DNA from: Catajapyx aquilonaris
Lineage: Eukaryota
Reading direction: 5' to 3'
NCBI GenBank assembly: GCA_000934665.2
Contig: JYFJ02000862.1
Coordinates: 1-64,000, forward strand
Length of the DNA stretch: 64,000 nt
Positions 1 through 11,105 of this stretch are shown piece after piece; positions within the stretch are counted from its first letter, which is position 1, and every line of letters starts with the position of its first letter. The notes beneath the pieces were generated by a model. It worked only from the letters and a program-made list of their open reading frames with translations. It was not told where the DNA came from and ran no database searches. The position numbers and the translations under genes are program-made.

Positions 1-981
1 CAAGTGGGTGCATTTACCTTATACCTGGGGAGTTCCATTCTCAAACCTATCATCCCCCCAAATATTTAAGTCTACAATTTAAACTATTGGTCCAATAAAA
101 TCACCAGCACATGCAAATGAATCGGCACATTTTTTAGGTCATTTTCAATGTTTTGTTGCAGCCTGACCTTTGACCTGAAAGGCCCTAATATTAGGTTTTT
201 GGTCCGGGGCCAGGCCCTACCTCGGTCTCCATCTGTCGGGTCTTTCGTAATGAGACTGTACAGAGCACAGTACATAGATATACAGTATATCTCTCTGTGT
301 GAGGTAGTAATAATGCCCCTAGCCTGCTAGCCAAATGTAGCAGTCCGCCTGTTCTGCTGGGAAGCGGGGCGGGGGTGGAAAGGGGGGAATATGTATAAGG
401 TCAAAGAGACATGAAGGTCACCAAGCCTACACGAATATATTATGCCTATCTAATACCGCGTCGACGATATGCGCATAGCGCATCTCCACCCACAGCAGAA
501 GCGGGTCGGGATTTATTATTTTATTAATCCATATAGAGCATTGGACCGCGAAACAGTGATGCCTTCCTGATGACCCCATTCATCCCAAGGAAGTGACGAT
601 GACCACTCGCCTACGTCACATTCATACTGATACCTGACAACTACGTTTGGCTATAGGGCTACATGTTCACCTCGAGATATACGATATACTGTATGTTCTA
701 TGTACTGTGCCACGGTGGTCTGTACAGTCTCATTACGAAAGACCCGACAGATGGAGACCGAGGTGGGGCCTGGCCCAAGACCAAAAACCTAATATTAGGG
801 CCTTTCAGGTCGAATGTCAGGCTGCAACAAAACATTGAAAATGACCTAAAAAATGTGCCGATTCATTTGCATGTGCTGGTGATTTTATTGGTCCTATAGT
901 TTAAATTGTAGGCTTAAATATTTGGGGGGGTGATAGGTTTGAGAATGGAACTCCCAGGTATAAGGTAAATGCACCCACTTG
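1..981. mobile_element. Foldback/MITE-like non-autonomous DNA element with about 340-bp terminal inverted repeats (left end probably cut by the window edge)
   Basis: 1-~265 is a near-perfect reverse complement of ~718-981 (caagtgggtgcatttacctta at 1-21 vs taaggtaaatgcacccacttg at 961-981). Looser pairing continues to ~340/~641. The ~300-bp core is non-coding. The TSD cannot be seen. Confidence 0.8.
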
Positions 982-1310
982 GGTAGGGTGGGGGATGGCC
1001 CACACAATTGACACAAACCTGAATTCTTTGAATGATTAAATTTAAGACTTTTTTCTTCGAAAAAAGTGACCGCCCCCTCCCATTAAGCAGGTGTTTTAAA
1101 AATTTCCAAAAAAACGTGATATTTGCAAGTGCAAGAACACGGAATGCTCACCTCTTACTTGCAACTCTTACGGAGCAATTAAAAAACATATTTTCGACTT
1201 TTTTCTTTGAAAAATAAGACCGGCAAAAAGGGTGAGTGTCCCAAAAAAGATTGGGTATACGTAACAGTACTTGTGCAAGAAGAAATTCAATGGTGTCATG
1301 GTATTCAATA

Positions 1311-1316
1311 TTTATT
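1311..1316 (-). terminator. Putative SCYL2 polyadenylation signal (AATAAA)
   Basis: tttatt on the + strand, ~280 nt downstream of the SCYL2 stop. Confidence 0.4.
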
Positions 1317-1592
1317 CGGAACAAAAATTAAACATAGCTGCCGCAACATTAATAGTATTTATAGCACAATATCTACACTTTTACAATGTCCAACGTTACT
1401 TTCCTCTTGATATAATATTATACTCTTGCTCCCCACTTATTTACACGGCTGGGAATGATATTTCAAAAAATGAAGCGACTAGTGGAAGGGTTTTAATTAT
1501 TATGACACTAAAAAATGTTAAAGTACGGAATGCTTTTACTTTTCAGTCTTGTGAATTAAAATCACTGTACAAGATAATAACTTGAGCCCTCC

Positions 1593-4500
1593 TTAGCTCA
1601 AGAGATCATTGATGTCGCTACTTGATAGTGGTTTGATATTTTGTTGCGACGACGAATTCATCATAGAGGAAGAGGTTGGGGCCAATTGCGGAGGGGTAAA
1701 CTGGCCCCATGCTGGTCTGCCCATGGGCATTTGATTAGGGGCAAAAGGAGGTGCAAAAGGCTGCATCTGAGCTCCGTATGGGTTGATATTCTGTGGGGCC
1801 TGCGCCATCGGAAGCTGAACAGGGGAGAAGCCAATGGTGCCGGGAGCGCTTGGTAACCTGGGTTGTGGCGACTTCATCTGGTTCAAGTTGCTGGCAATCA
1901 GCGTCGATGTGAGGTCCTTTGGTTGTGGTTTGGACGTCGGACTGCTTTGGGCCTTTGGGGTTAACGGAGACTGTACTTTCAATCGCTGCTGGTTCTCCTG
2001 GTCCTTCGCTAGCCTGCAAATTGACACAAAGTTGCACATGCAGAATATGGTGGTCGTGAACTCATATGTGGATTGGAAGGTTTTTTTCAGCATTAATACG
2101 AACTCACCTCTGTTTCTCTTCAAGTGTGAGAGATCCCGAACTCCTGACAGTCCCATTTTGTGAGGTAACTCCTATGCTGGCGGCTGGTGTGCCCAGCTGG
2201 TTCCCATTGTCTCCGAGCAAGTCTGATGCGATGGAGCTTGTGCTTTTAGTTTGCATAAACGAATCCAGTCCCAACCCTGAGAAAGCCCCGTCCAGTTCGG
2301 CCACCTGAACAGGCATGACGGACTCAGACTTTGAAGCAGTGTCCATAGAGAGTGTAAGTGCAGTCCGCTGTTCCTCCTGAATTGAGTTCAGCTGCTGGAG
2401 CTTCAGGCGGTGCTCGGATTCCACCCTCTGCACCATCTCCTTGATCAGGCCGACTATGGCATTGAACTGGTTCAGGGTAAGTCCGTTCTCGACACTCAGC
2501 GGGATCAAGAATGGAAGGACCTTTGTGGCCAGAAGCTCCTTTGACAACCCCAGTTTCTGGTGCGTCATAGCCAGCTTGTAGATCCCTAGAAGAGGTGGCA
2601 GTTAAAAACATGTGGTCGGTCTCTTCCAACTGTACTTACCGAGGATGGCCATGAGCACGGCTGGCTCTCTGGATGGCACCTGTGGCAGCATGGGCAGGAC
2701 CTCGTCGACAACCAACCACTTGTCCAAGTGCTCCAGCAGCCGTCCAATGCACAGAAGGCAGTTCACACGAACGGACAGCAGGTGTGTGCAAATGCAGAGC
2801 CTCTTGATGCGAGGAAGAAGGGCGTTCTTCATAGCCGGATAGTCCACCAGCGAAGCAAAGCTGGGAATAACAGACAGGCACAGCTCCTGGATTTGATGCG
2901 CTTCTGACTCCAAAGCCTGGTACAGCATTGGCAGGACATGCGACTTCACATCATCCGGAGGAGTCTTCTGCAGGAGAAGCTCCATCCGTTGCATGAAGAT
3001 CAGCAATACCTACAGGAAAATTTGGTCAGTTTTCTCAAAAGAACGTGCTCAACTTACTCAACCTACCTGCACTGGTTCCTTGAGTCGCATGACAGGCTTC
3101 AGGTGTGGAAGTATGTACCGCACGTAGTCCTCCTTGGAGCTTTCCTGCGCTACGAGGAGCACGTTCGGGAGGACGAAGGGCACCATGGAGGGGTTGACAA
3201 ACTCTTTGACCAGACATGGGACTATCCGATGCAGGCAGACACGCTGGGGGAGCTTGGGGATCACTTGCGGGAGGCCCTTGTAAAACTGGGACTTCTGAAG
3301 GTTATCCCATTGGAACAGGGAGTCCAGGTAGTTCAGCGTCTTCACACCCACGTCTTCAAAGAAGCTCACCTGCATGGAACAGGATGTCACCAACGTGCAA
3401 ACGCATTAAATGCACGACTTGAACGCACCTTGCTGAACTGGTGTGCATCGGGACGCACTTCAGGCGTTGCGTTCAACAGCATCTTGACATACTCCCTCAA
3501 CACATCAGGAATGCACTGAAGGTTCGAAGCCGTCAGCTGCTTCAACTGCAACGAACCCTCATTAGTAAAAAGTCAAACGTTCGCAATGTTTGCACTTACC
3601 CCCTTCAATTCGCCATAAGTGCAGCACCAACAATTGTGTATTAAATCTCAGTGCAACAAAGAGCAAGTTCATGCACTCACCTCACATGCGTTTCGCTTGA
3701 AAGTACCCCACTCGCCACTGTTGCTGAACACGGGCCGTCCGTCATTGAATATGGCATAGGTGAGCATCCCTAATGAAAACATGTCGCTGGCTGTGTCGTT
3801 AGTGAGCGTCAGGGCGTACTCGGGAGCAAGGTAGTCCAGATTGGGCTGGGCCGACGGGTGCACCTCAGGGTCGTACTCTTGGAATGGCCAGAAAGGCTGA
3901 GGAAAAAAAAATCAGAGTTCATTACCATTAGTACCAGTAATAAAACATGAATTTGCTTACCTTCTGGTCCGGAGTGTTCCGATTAGCGACGAAGAAGTCA
4001 AACCCAAATATCTTCCACGCCCCCTGCTGGTTAATCACAATACATTCCGGCGCCACATTCCGATGAATAATCCCCACATCCGCTGCATGCAAAAAGGCCA
4101 GTCCCTGCGCCACCTGCAGCAGCCCATACTTAATCTCCACCTCAAACAACCGGCAGTCCTTCAACGCCGGAGGAACCGGACTCAGATTAGTTGTATCCCC
4201 CAACGCATTGGCCAAACTGGCAAAGACAGGCTCGGTCGCAAACGCAAGCGACTCACGACTCTCCTCCATCGGATGCTGAACTGTCAGTACCTGAAATACC
4301 AATTTGTTAAGTACACCCACTGTGATACATCAGCGTACTTTGAGGGGCTAGTCACTTGGTACTATAGTGTGCAGCGAACTTCACCAACTTCAAGGACTTA
4401 ATGAACTTTGTCCGGACTTCACAGACTTTCTCCAGATTTTACAGACTTCAACTGGATTTCACAAACTTTCTCTGGGCTTCACAAACTTTCTCAGGATTTC

Positions 4501-5669
4501 AGACTTCAACGTGACTTGAAGACTTTGTCCGGACTTCAACGTGACCTGAAAGTCTTTGTCCAGACTTCAACATGACTTGAAGGACTTCAACGGGACTTGA
4601 ATGACTTTGCCCGGACTTCAACGTGACTTGAAGGACTTTGTCCGGACTTCAATGTGACTTTAAGAACTTTGTCCGGACTTCAACGTGACTTGTACGGCTT
4701 TGTCCGAATTCAACGTGACTTGAAGGACTTTGTCCGGACTTCAACGGGACTTGAATGACTTTGTCCGGACTTCAACGTGACTTGTACGGCTTTGTCCGAA
4801 TTCAACGTGACTTATTTGTCCGGACTTCAATGTGACTTGAAGGACTTCGTCTGGACTTCAACGTGACTTGNACGTGACTTATTTGTCCGGACTTCAATGT
4901 GACTTGAAGGACTTCGTCTGGACTTCAACGTGACTTGTACAGCTTTGTCCGAATTCAACGTGACTTGTACAAGTCACGTTGAATTCGGACAAAGCTGTAC
5001 AAGTCACGTTGAAGTCCGGACAAAGTTCTTAAAGTCACATTGAAGTCCGGACAAAGTCCTTCAAGTCACGTTGAAGTCCAGACGAAGTCCTTCAAGTCCC
5101 ATTGAAGTCCGGACAAAGTCTACGTAGACTTTGTCCGGACTTCAATGTGACTTGAAGGACTTTGTCCGGACTTCAACGTGACTTGTACGGCTTTGTCCGA
5201 ATTCAACGTGACTTGTAGACTTTGTCCGGACTTCAATGTGACTTGAAGGACTTTGTCCGGACTTCAACGTGACCTGAAGGACTTTGTCCGGACTTTACCT
5301 GGACTTCAGTTTTGGTGTACGTTCATAAGTGACTAACCCCTCTGCGTACTTTGCTTCACCTGAACCGACCTGCGGATGCCTGAGTCTTGTGAGCTGCGAG
5401 ACCCCTCGTTTGAGTGCGTCCATGAAGAGATCCCTGTCCCTCTTGTTCCTCCATCGTTCCAGCTGCTTCTTCTCGAACACGAATATGGCAGCCTCCTGCT
5501 TCGTGGACCTCTTGTAACCGCAGTAGACCTTCCATGACAAGCCAGGCCCTGCGCTGGCAATCAGGTGGGTGGCCTCGTACTCACGGGTCACCGGGTTGCC
5601 AGGGAGGACACCCGACAGCTGGGAGACCGTGCTGCTCACCGTGTTCTTAAGCCGGTTTAGAACCTCCAT
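1593..5669 (-). CDS. SCYL2: SCY1-like protein 2 (CVAK104-like pseudokinase with HEAT repeats), 844 aa, 8 coding exons
   Basis: GT-AG exons 5669-5370, 4290-3961, 3896-3681, 3545-3429, 3369-3067, 3009-2640, 2585-2108 and 2013-1593 join in frame (2535 nt). Recognisable motifs: LPGNPVTREYE, QLTRLRHPQVLTVQHP, SLAFATEPVFASLAN, degenerate catalytic loop HRNVAPE and KIFGFDF, PNLDYLAPEY, DNLQKSQFYKGL, SVRVNCLLCIG, Q/P-rich tail ending SSSDINDLLS. Confidence 0.95.
4342..5343. mobile_element. Non-autonomous TIR element filled with a ~31-33-bp minisatellite, inside SCYL2 intron 1
   Basis: TIRs gaggggctagtcactt (4342-4357) and aagtgactaacccctc (5327-5342) match 15/16. Flanking direct repeat gcgtacttt at 4333-4341 and 5344-5352 is a putative TSD. 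Removing the element leaves a ~68-nt intron like the gene's other short introns. Confidence 0.75.
4395..5308. repeat. Minisatellite (consensus about ggactttgtccggacttcaacgtgacttgaa) with an inverted central block at 4969-5123
   Basis: Units are directly visible and degenerate toward the left end. Orientation flips at the palindromes gtgacttgtacaagtcac (centre 4968/4969) and agtctacgtagact (centre 5123/5124). There is an N at 4871. Confidence 0.92.
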
Positions 5670-6193
5670 GGATTTGACCTGAGGTCAGCAGGTGACCTCG
5701 AATGACACGCAAAGCAACAGCTGCCACTGACTGTTCTATTCCAAGATGGCCGCCGTTGTGGGTGGACGATCCGGGTAGTTCGACGGATGGTATCGTCATA
5801 AATAGTGCATGGAAGATCCTGATAGTACGCAGGGAGTCGGTAGTATCGTCATTAGAAAAGCGCTATTTTCAAAAATAGCTACATCGAACACTGTGACTTT
5901 TTAATTGTGTTAATGAACCGTGCAATTAATGACAGCATATGTACACACTATTACATCATGTACTCTGTACACTGTACTTCGACATTTTTCCCTGCCAACA
6001 TCGGCATCTGCTGCCCTCTAGTATGGTTATGACAACACCAGTTGACTCAATGACCTCGCGGTCTTCATTGCTGTGTACGTAAGAGTACTTGTACAGTACA
6101 GTTTAGGACAGGAAATAAGGTGAGCCAGAGTGATAGCAACGTTCAGTTCGAGTGAGCTTTACCTTTGGGCTTAATTGTCATTGATCCGCAACA
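5670..6193. promoter_or_regulatory. Divergent intergenic/promoter region between SCYL2 and the first P450
   Basis: Only 524 bp between the two ATGs. YY1/Pho-like caagatggccgcc at ~5742; ARE-like atgacctcgc at 6050-6059. These are motif matches only. Confidence 0.5.
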
Positions 6194-8186
6194 ATGATCA
6201 CTTGGATCTTGGTTGTCATTGCGGTAATTGCTGCGTACTTGCTGTTCCAATCTTCCAGAAGACCTGAAAACTATCCACCAGGTAAGAGCACCTTATTATT
6301 AATTACGTATTTGTGCGTTATCAGAGATAATATCACAGCCTATCGTGTGCATATGATGGATTATAGTGATAGGCCTATCCAAACAAAGGGCTTGAAAATT
6401 CAGCTTGTTGAATAATAATTATCCAACCTTGAAACTGGAATAACAACATCAGACTCGCATGAATGACTCAACATGTCATCCTGCTTCACCCATTATCATG
6501 GACGAGGTCATCCACTTTGCTATTGGCCTCGCAGCATCTCCATTGCATATAGTCTAGACATGAAGTGGATTTGATAAAATGGGAAGAGGAACAATTACTG
6601 CCAAATAAGTAAATCGAATTTAAATAAATAAATAAATACTGAACAGGCTGTGCGAAGAACGGTCTCAGCTGCTAGTAAATAATAAACAACTTCCCTATAT
6701 ATTCCTGACCTTAAGGTTAATAAGGTTATTAATCTATGCTCCTGACCAAGGTCCACGAAGCTGGCCTCTGGTTGGCATGGGTCCTCATCTGGCCCAAAAA
6801 GGAAAGCTGCCCCACGAAGCTGTGTGGGAACTGGGACAAAAGCATGGTCCGGTCATCGGAGGTTTCTTCGGTTCCCATCCGGTGTGTCTGGTGACCGGAT
6901 ACAAGGCATGCAGGGAGAGTCTGACCAACGAGGCCATCGCTGGACGTCCCAGATTCTTCACCTTCAACTCCTTCGAAGAGCAGAGACTCGGGATACTGAC
7001 GACGGACGGTGACTTCTGGAAGGAGCAACGTCGATTCATGCTGTGGCATCTGAGGGACTTTGGATTCGGAAAAGGTCAAGTGGAACCGATCATACATGAA
7101 GAGGTGTCCGATTTGCTTCAGGATATGGACACACGAAGCTCTGAGCTCATTTTGGTGGCGGATCTGTTCGGTGTGTCCATTATCAACGTGTTGTGGGCCA
7201 TGATGGCTGGTGAGCGGTACCCGTACGGCGACCAGGGACTGAGGACCACACTAGGGTACGTCGATGCCATATTCAGAGCAGGTAATCCCACAGGAGGTCC
7301 ATGGGCAGGATTCCCACAGCTGAGGAAGTTCTTTTCCAACCTCTCCGGATATGCCGAAACACGAAGGAACCAGCTGGCTCTTGAAGGATTCATCCGGGAG
7401 AAGATACAGCATCATAAGGAGACATTTGATGAGAATGCGGTACGTGACTTCATGGACACGTTTCTAAAGGAGATGAAGGACCAATCGACGTTCACTGAGG
7501 ACCAGCTGGTTGCGTTGTGTATGGACATGTTCATGGCCGGATCTGAAACAACCAGCAACTTCCTGATATTCGCTGTCCTATACATGGTGCTTCATCCGGA
7601 TGTCCAACGAAAGGTGCAGGACGAACTGGACCGAGTGGTCGGACCACGTCTTCCGTCCCTTAAAGACAGGATGGACCTCCCGTACACTGAGGCCACGTTG
7701 ATGGAAATATTTCGGATGGGGTCCATCGCACCGTTTGCTGTACCCCATCGGGCCATGAGCACCACACAATTGATGGGGTACACCATACCACAGAACACTC
7801 TGTTCATCATCAACTTGTGGTCGGCACACATGGACCAGGAGCATTTTGGGGATCCGGACAACTTCAGACCAGAGAGGTTCATCAAGGATGGGAAGTTCCA
7901 GAAGGATGACTGGCTCATGCCATTCGGAATTGGTACGCTTCTTACAGCCATTTTTTTTTGACACATAATCAGTTAATAAATAATTGGTATTGTTTGCTTT
8001 TCAGGGAAAAGGTCATGCGCTGGAGAATCGCTGGCTCGAGCTACGTCGTTTCTGTTCTTCACCGCTCTGTTCCAAAAATTCAACGTGTCCGTGGCCCCTG
8101 GGCGAGAACCACCCAGCATGAGGCCCCTCGGAGGATTCACGCTGACTCCCAAACCATTCTCAGTCAAAGTTGTATCACGAGGGTGA
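6194..8186 (+). CDS. Cytochrome P450, CYP2 clan (CYP15/303/304/305/2L-like), paralog A, 483 aa, 3 exons
   Basis: Exons 6194-6281, 6751-7932, 8005-8186 (1452 nt, in frame). TM anchor plus [21 protein letters not shown]-helix AGSETT, EIFR, PERF, heme motif PFGIGKRSCAG. Confidence 0.93.
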
Positions 8187-8631
8187 ATCCATCTCAAAGA
8201 GACAGCCATGCGTTTCTAATAATTATATTTTGGGTATGACTCCCACTTAATTCTATAGGTCATTGACATGTCCATAGGTGCACATGACAGTAGCAATGCT
8301 CATCACAATACATATCGCCTTATCTGATGTTGTTATTGTGTACAATATTTGTCGTATAATAAGCGATAATAACCAGTGACAGTTAATAAAGTAAGATTGA
8401 GTGTAATAACACATGTTAATCCTGCAATTTGTACCTTTTATGACCCTTGCTATATATAAAAAAAAATCCGGCACATGTTACCAGAATCTGCACAAAAAAC
8501 CGCACGTGGGCTCAGACCTTGACGTTTGATTACATAAGGGTCTAAAGATAAGCTCGCATACATAAAAAAGAAATCTCCCTCTGGAGTGTGAGTGTGAGGC
8601 TCGGAGGGAACGGATAGCAAAGGAGGTCAGG

Positions 8632-10606
8632 ATGATTCTGTGGCTGATTTTAGTGGTCCTGTTGGTGATTCTGGGGATCAGATATGCTACCAAACGACAC
8701 CAGAACTTTCCTCCAGGTCAGTTGAATGCATAGGATATGCGGTATTTAGGTGACTGTCATCTTAGTTTTGTGACACTCAACACTCAACCGGGTAAGCGTC
8801 ACCTTATGGCTTTCTGAGTGAGACGACAGTTAATTAATATTCATTAGTGAAATGTGTCATTCTTATGAGCTTGCATTTTTAATTAAAAGTTGTCGGTTAA
8901 GTGCAAATGTCAAGGCTGTGTGATGGCCTGATGGGATGCATATCTCCCAGGATATTCATGTCAAGTGTTTTTATCTCAGATATTATAAGACCCGGATCTT
9001 CACAATCAGGCAGTGCAGAACAAATCTCTTGCACTTACTGTTAGTGCGAAAAATGCAAATCAGATTGTAAATACTAATATTTGAGTTGAGGCAACTAATG
9101 GACAAAAATGTTTGCAGGTCCACGTGGGCTGCCATTGATAGGCAGCAGTCTGTCCCTGATCAAAAAGGGAAAACAGATGCACGAGACTATGGCAGACTTG
9201 GGGAAACAGTATGGACCATTAGTCGGAATGTACATGGGCAATTTCCCATCCATACTGGTCAGCGGATATGAAGCGGTCAAGCAGTGCGTGATGACTGACT
9301 CTTTCAACGGACGTCCCAAGTTCTTCACACTCAACTCACGGGATGAGAGACTTGGGATCATGCTTGTGGATGGTGACCTCTGGAAGGAGCAGCGTCGCTT
9401 CATGTTGTGGCATCTGAGGGACTATGGCTTCGGGAAAGGTCAGATGGAGTCCATCATACACCAAGAGGTGTCCGACTTGCTTCAGGACATGGAAACATCA
9501 GAAGGGCTGGTGTCGGTGACGGATCTGTTTGGTGTGTCGGTCATCAACGTGCTGTGGGCCATGATGGCTGGTAAGAGGTACCCGCACGGTGACAAGGAGC
9601 TGACCCGTCTTCTGAAGATTGTGGACGACATGTTCAGGATCCCAGTTTCCACGTCCAACCAAATATGGCAAGCTTTCCCCAGGCTCAGGAAATTGTTTCC
9701 CAATGTGTCAGGATTTGCCCTGGAGAAAGGAAGGCAGATTGCAATGGAAACATTCATAGAGGACACCATCGCTGCCCACAAGGAGACGTTTGATGAAAAT
9801 TGCATGCGGGATTACATCGATGCATACCTGAAGGAAATGCAACAAGCACCACCAGGCTCATCATTTACAGGTAACGTACACTTACAGACTGATTGGAATT
9901 TGTTAGTGTATCTTTGTTTTCAGAGCGTCAGCTGGTAGTGTCCTGCATGGACATGTTCATGGCAGGATCTGAGACAACCAGCAGCTTTCTGGGCTTCAGT
10001 CTTCTGTACATGATCCGCTATCCGGATGTCCAACGAAAGGTCCAGGCTGAGCTGGACAGTGTGGTGGGACAGTCCCGTCTTCCTTCCCAGAAGGACAGGT
10101 CGGAGCTGGTCTACACGGAGGCCACTCTTCTGGAGCTGTTCAGACTTGCATCAATTGCTCCGGTTTCTTTACCGCATTCAGCCATGGCCGACACGGAGTT
10201 CATGGGCTACTCCATCCCGAAGGACACGTTCTTGTCGGTCAACTTCTGGTCGCTTCATATGGACAAGGAACATTGGGGCGACCCAGAGGTCTTCAGGCCG
10301 GAGAGGTTCATCAAAGACGGGAAGGTGGAGAGGGACGACTGGCTTATGCCTTTCGGTGGAGGTGAATTGTTGCCCTGTTGTTCCGTAAGATTTCTTGTGT
10401 AAACCCAAACTTCTGTCGTTGCAGGCAAGAGGGCATGCGCTGGTGAGTCCCTGGCAAGAGGGACTTCCTTCCTGTTCTTCACTGCGGTGATGCAAAGGTT
10501 CACCCTGGAGGTGCCTCAGGGTCAGCCTCCTCCTGACCTCACACCCTTGGGCGGTATGACGCTGGCTCCCAAGCCATACTCCTTCAAGGCTACTCTGCGA
10601 ATGTGA
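8632..10606 (+). CDS. Cytochrome P450, CYP2 clan, paralog B, 485 aa, 4 exons
   Basis: Exons 8632-8716, 9118-9870, 9924-10361, 10425-10606. AGSETT, ELFR, PERF, PFGGGKRACAG. AATAAA at ~10657. Confidence 0.93.
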
Positions 10607-11105
10607 AGCATTCAATGTATCACTCCGTATCATTACAATTTTTAGCACATTTTCATAATAAAACCATTGTCAATGTATTAATGTAATTAGGAGTCAATTG
10701 TCGATTTACAGCGCCACATACAGTAACAATGCACTGTCACAATGCATATCTGGTGTTATTGTGTACTCTTTGTCTTCCAATTAACCAGTATGAAAAATAA
10801 TACAATATTTATCACCGTGCGATAACATGTGATTGGTAATAAATTAACATCGTAGGTTAATCCTGCAACTTAAGTCCTTTTTTACTACCTCAACTTGCCT
10901 CAACCGAGGGCAACGCCTGGCTAATATCATACCAGTGCACACCCGTACGCACACCCGTATGCACACAAAAACTGTCATACTCAGTATGTGGGATGAGACC
11001 TTGAGTTTTGGTTACGCCATCTAAAGATAAGCATAAAAAAACAAACTCTCTCTCTCGGGATGCGTCTCAAAAGGGAACAGACCTCCCATTGCAAAGGAGG
11101 TCAGG

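Noticed and set aside
300..320. let-7-like 5' sequence tgaggtagta
   Set aside because: The match stops after 10 nt, there is no local pre-miRNA hairpin, and it lies in a TE arm.
84..899. Near-identical ORFs 84..275 (-) and 663..899 (+)
   Set aside because: They are mirror translations of the two TIR arms, with no recognisable protein features.
4395..5308. Regularly spaced ~32-bp repeats as a CRISPR-like array
   Set aside because: No unique spacers, eukaryotic intron context and no cas genes; it is a minisatellite.
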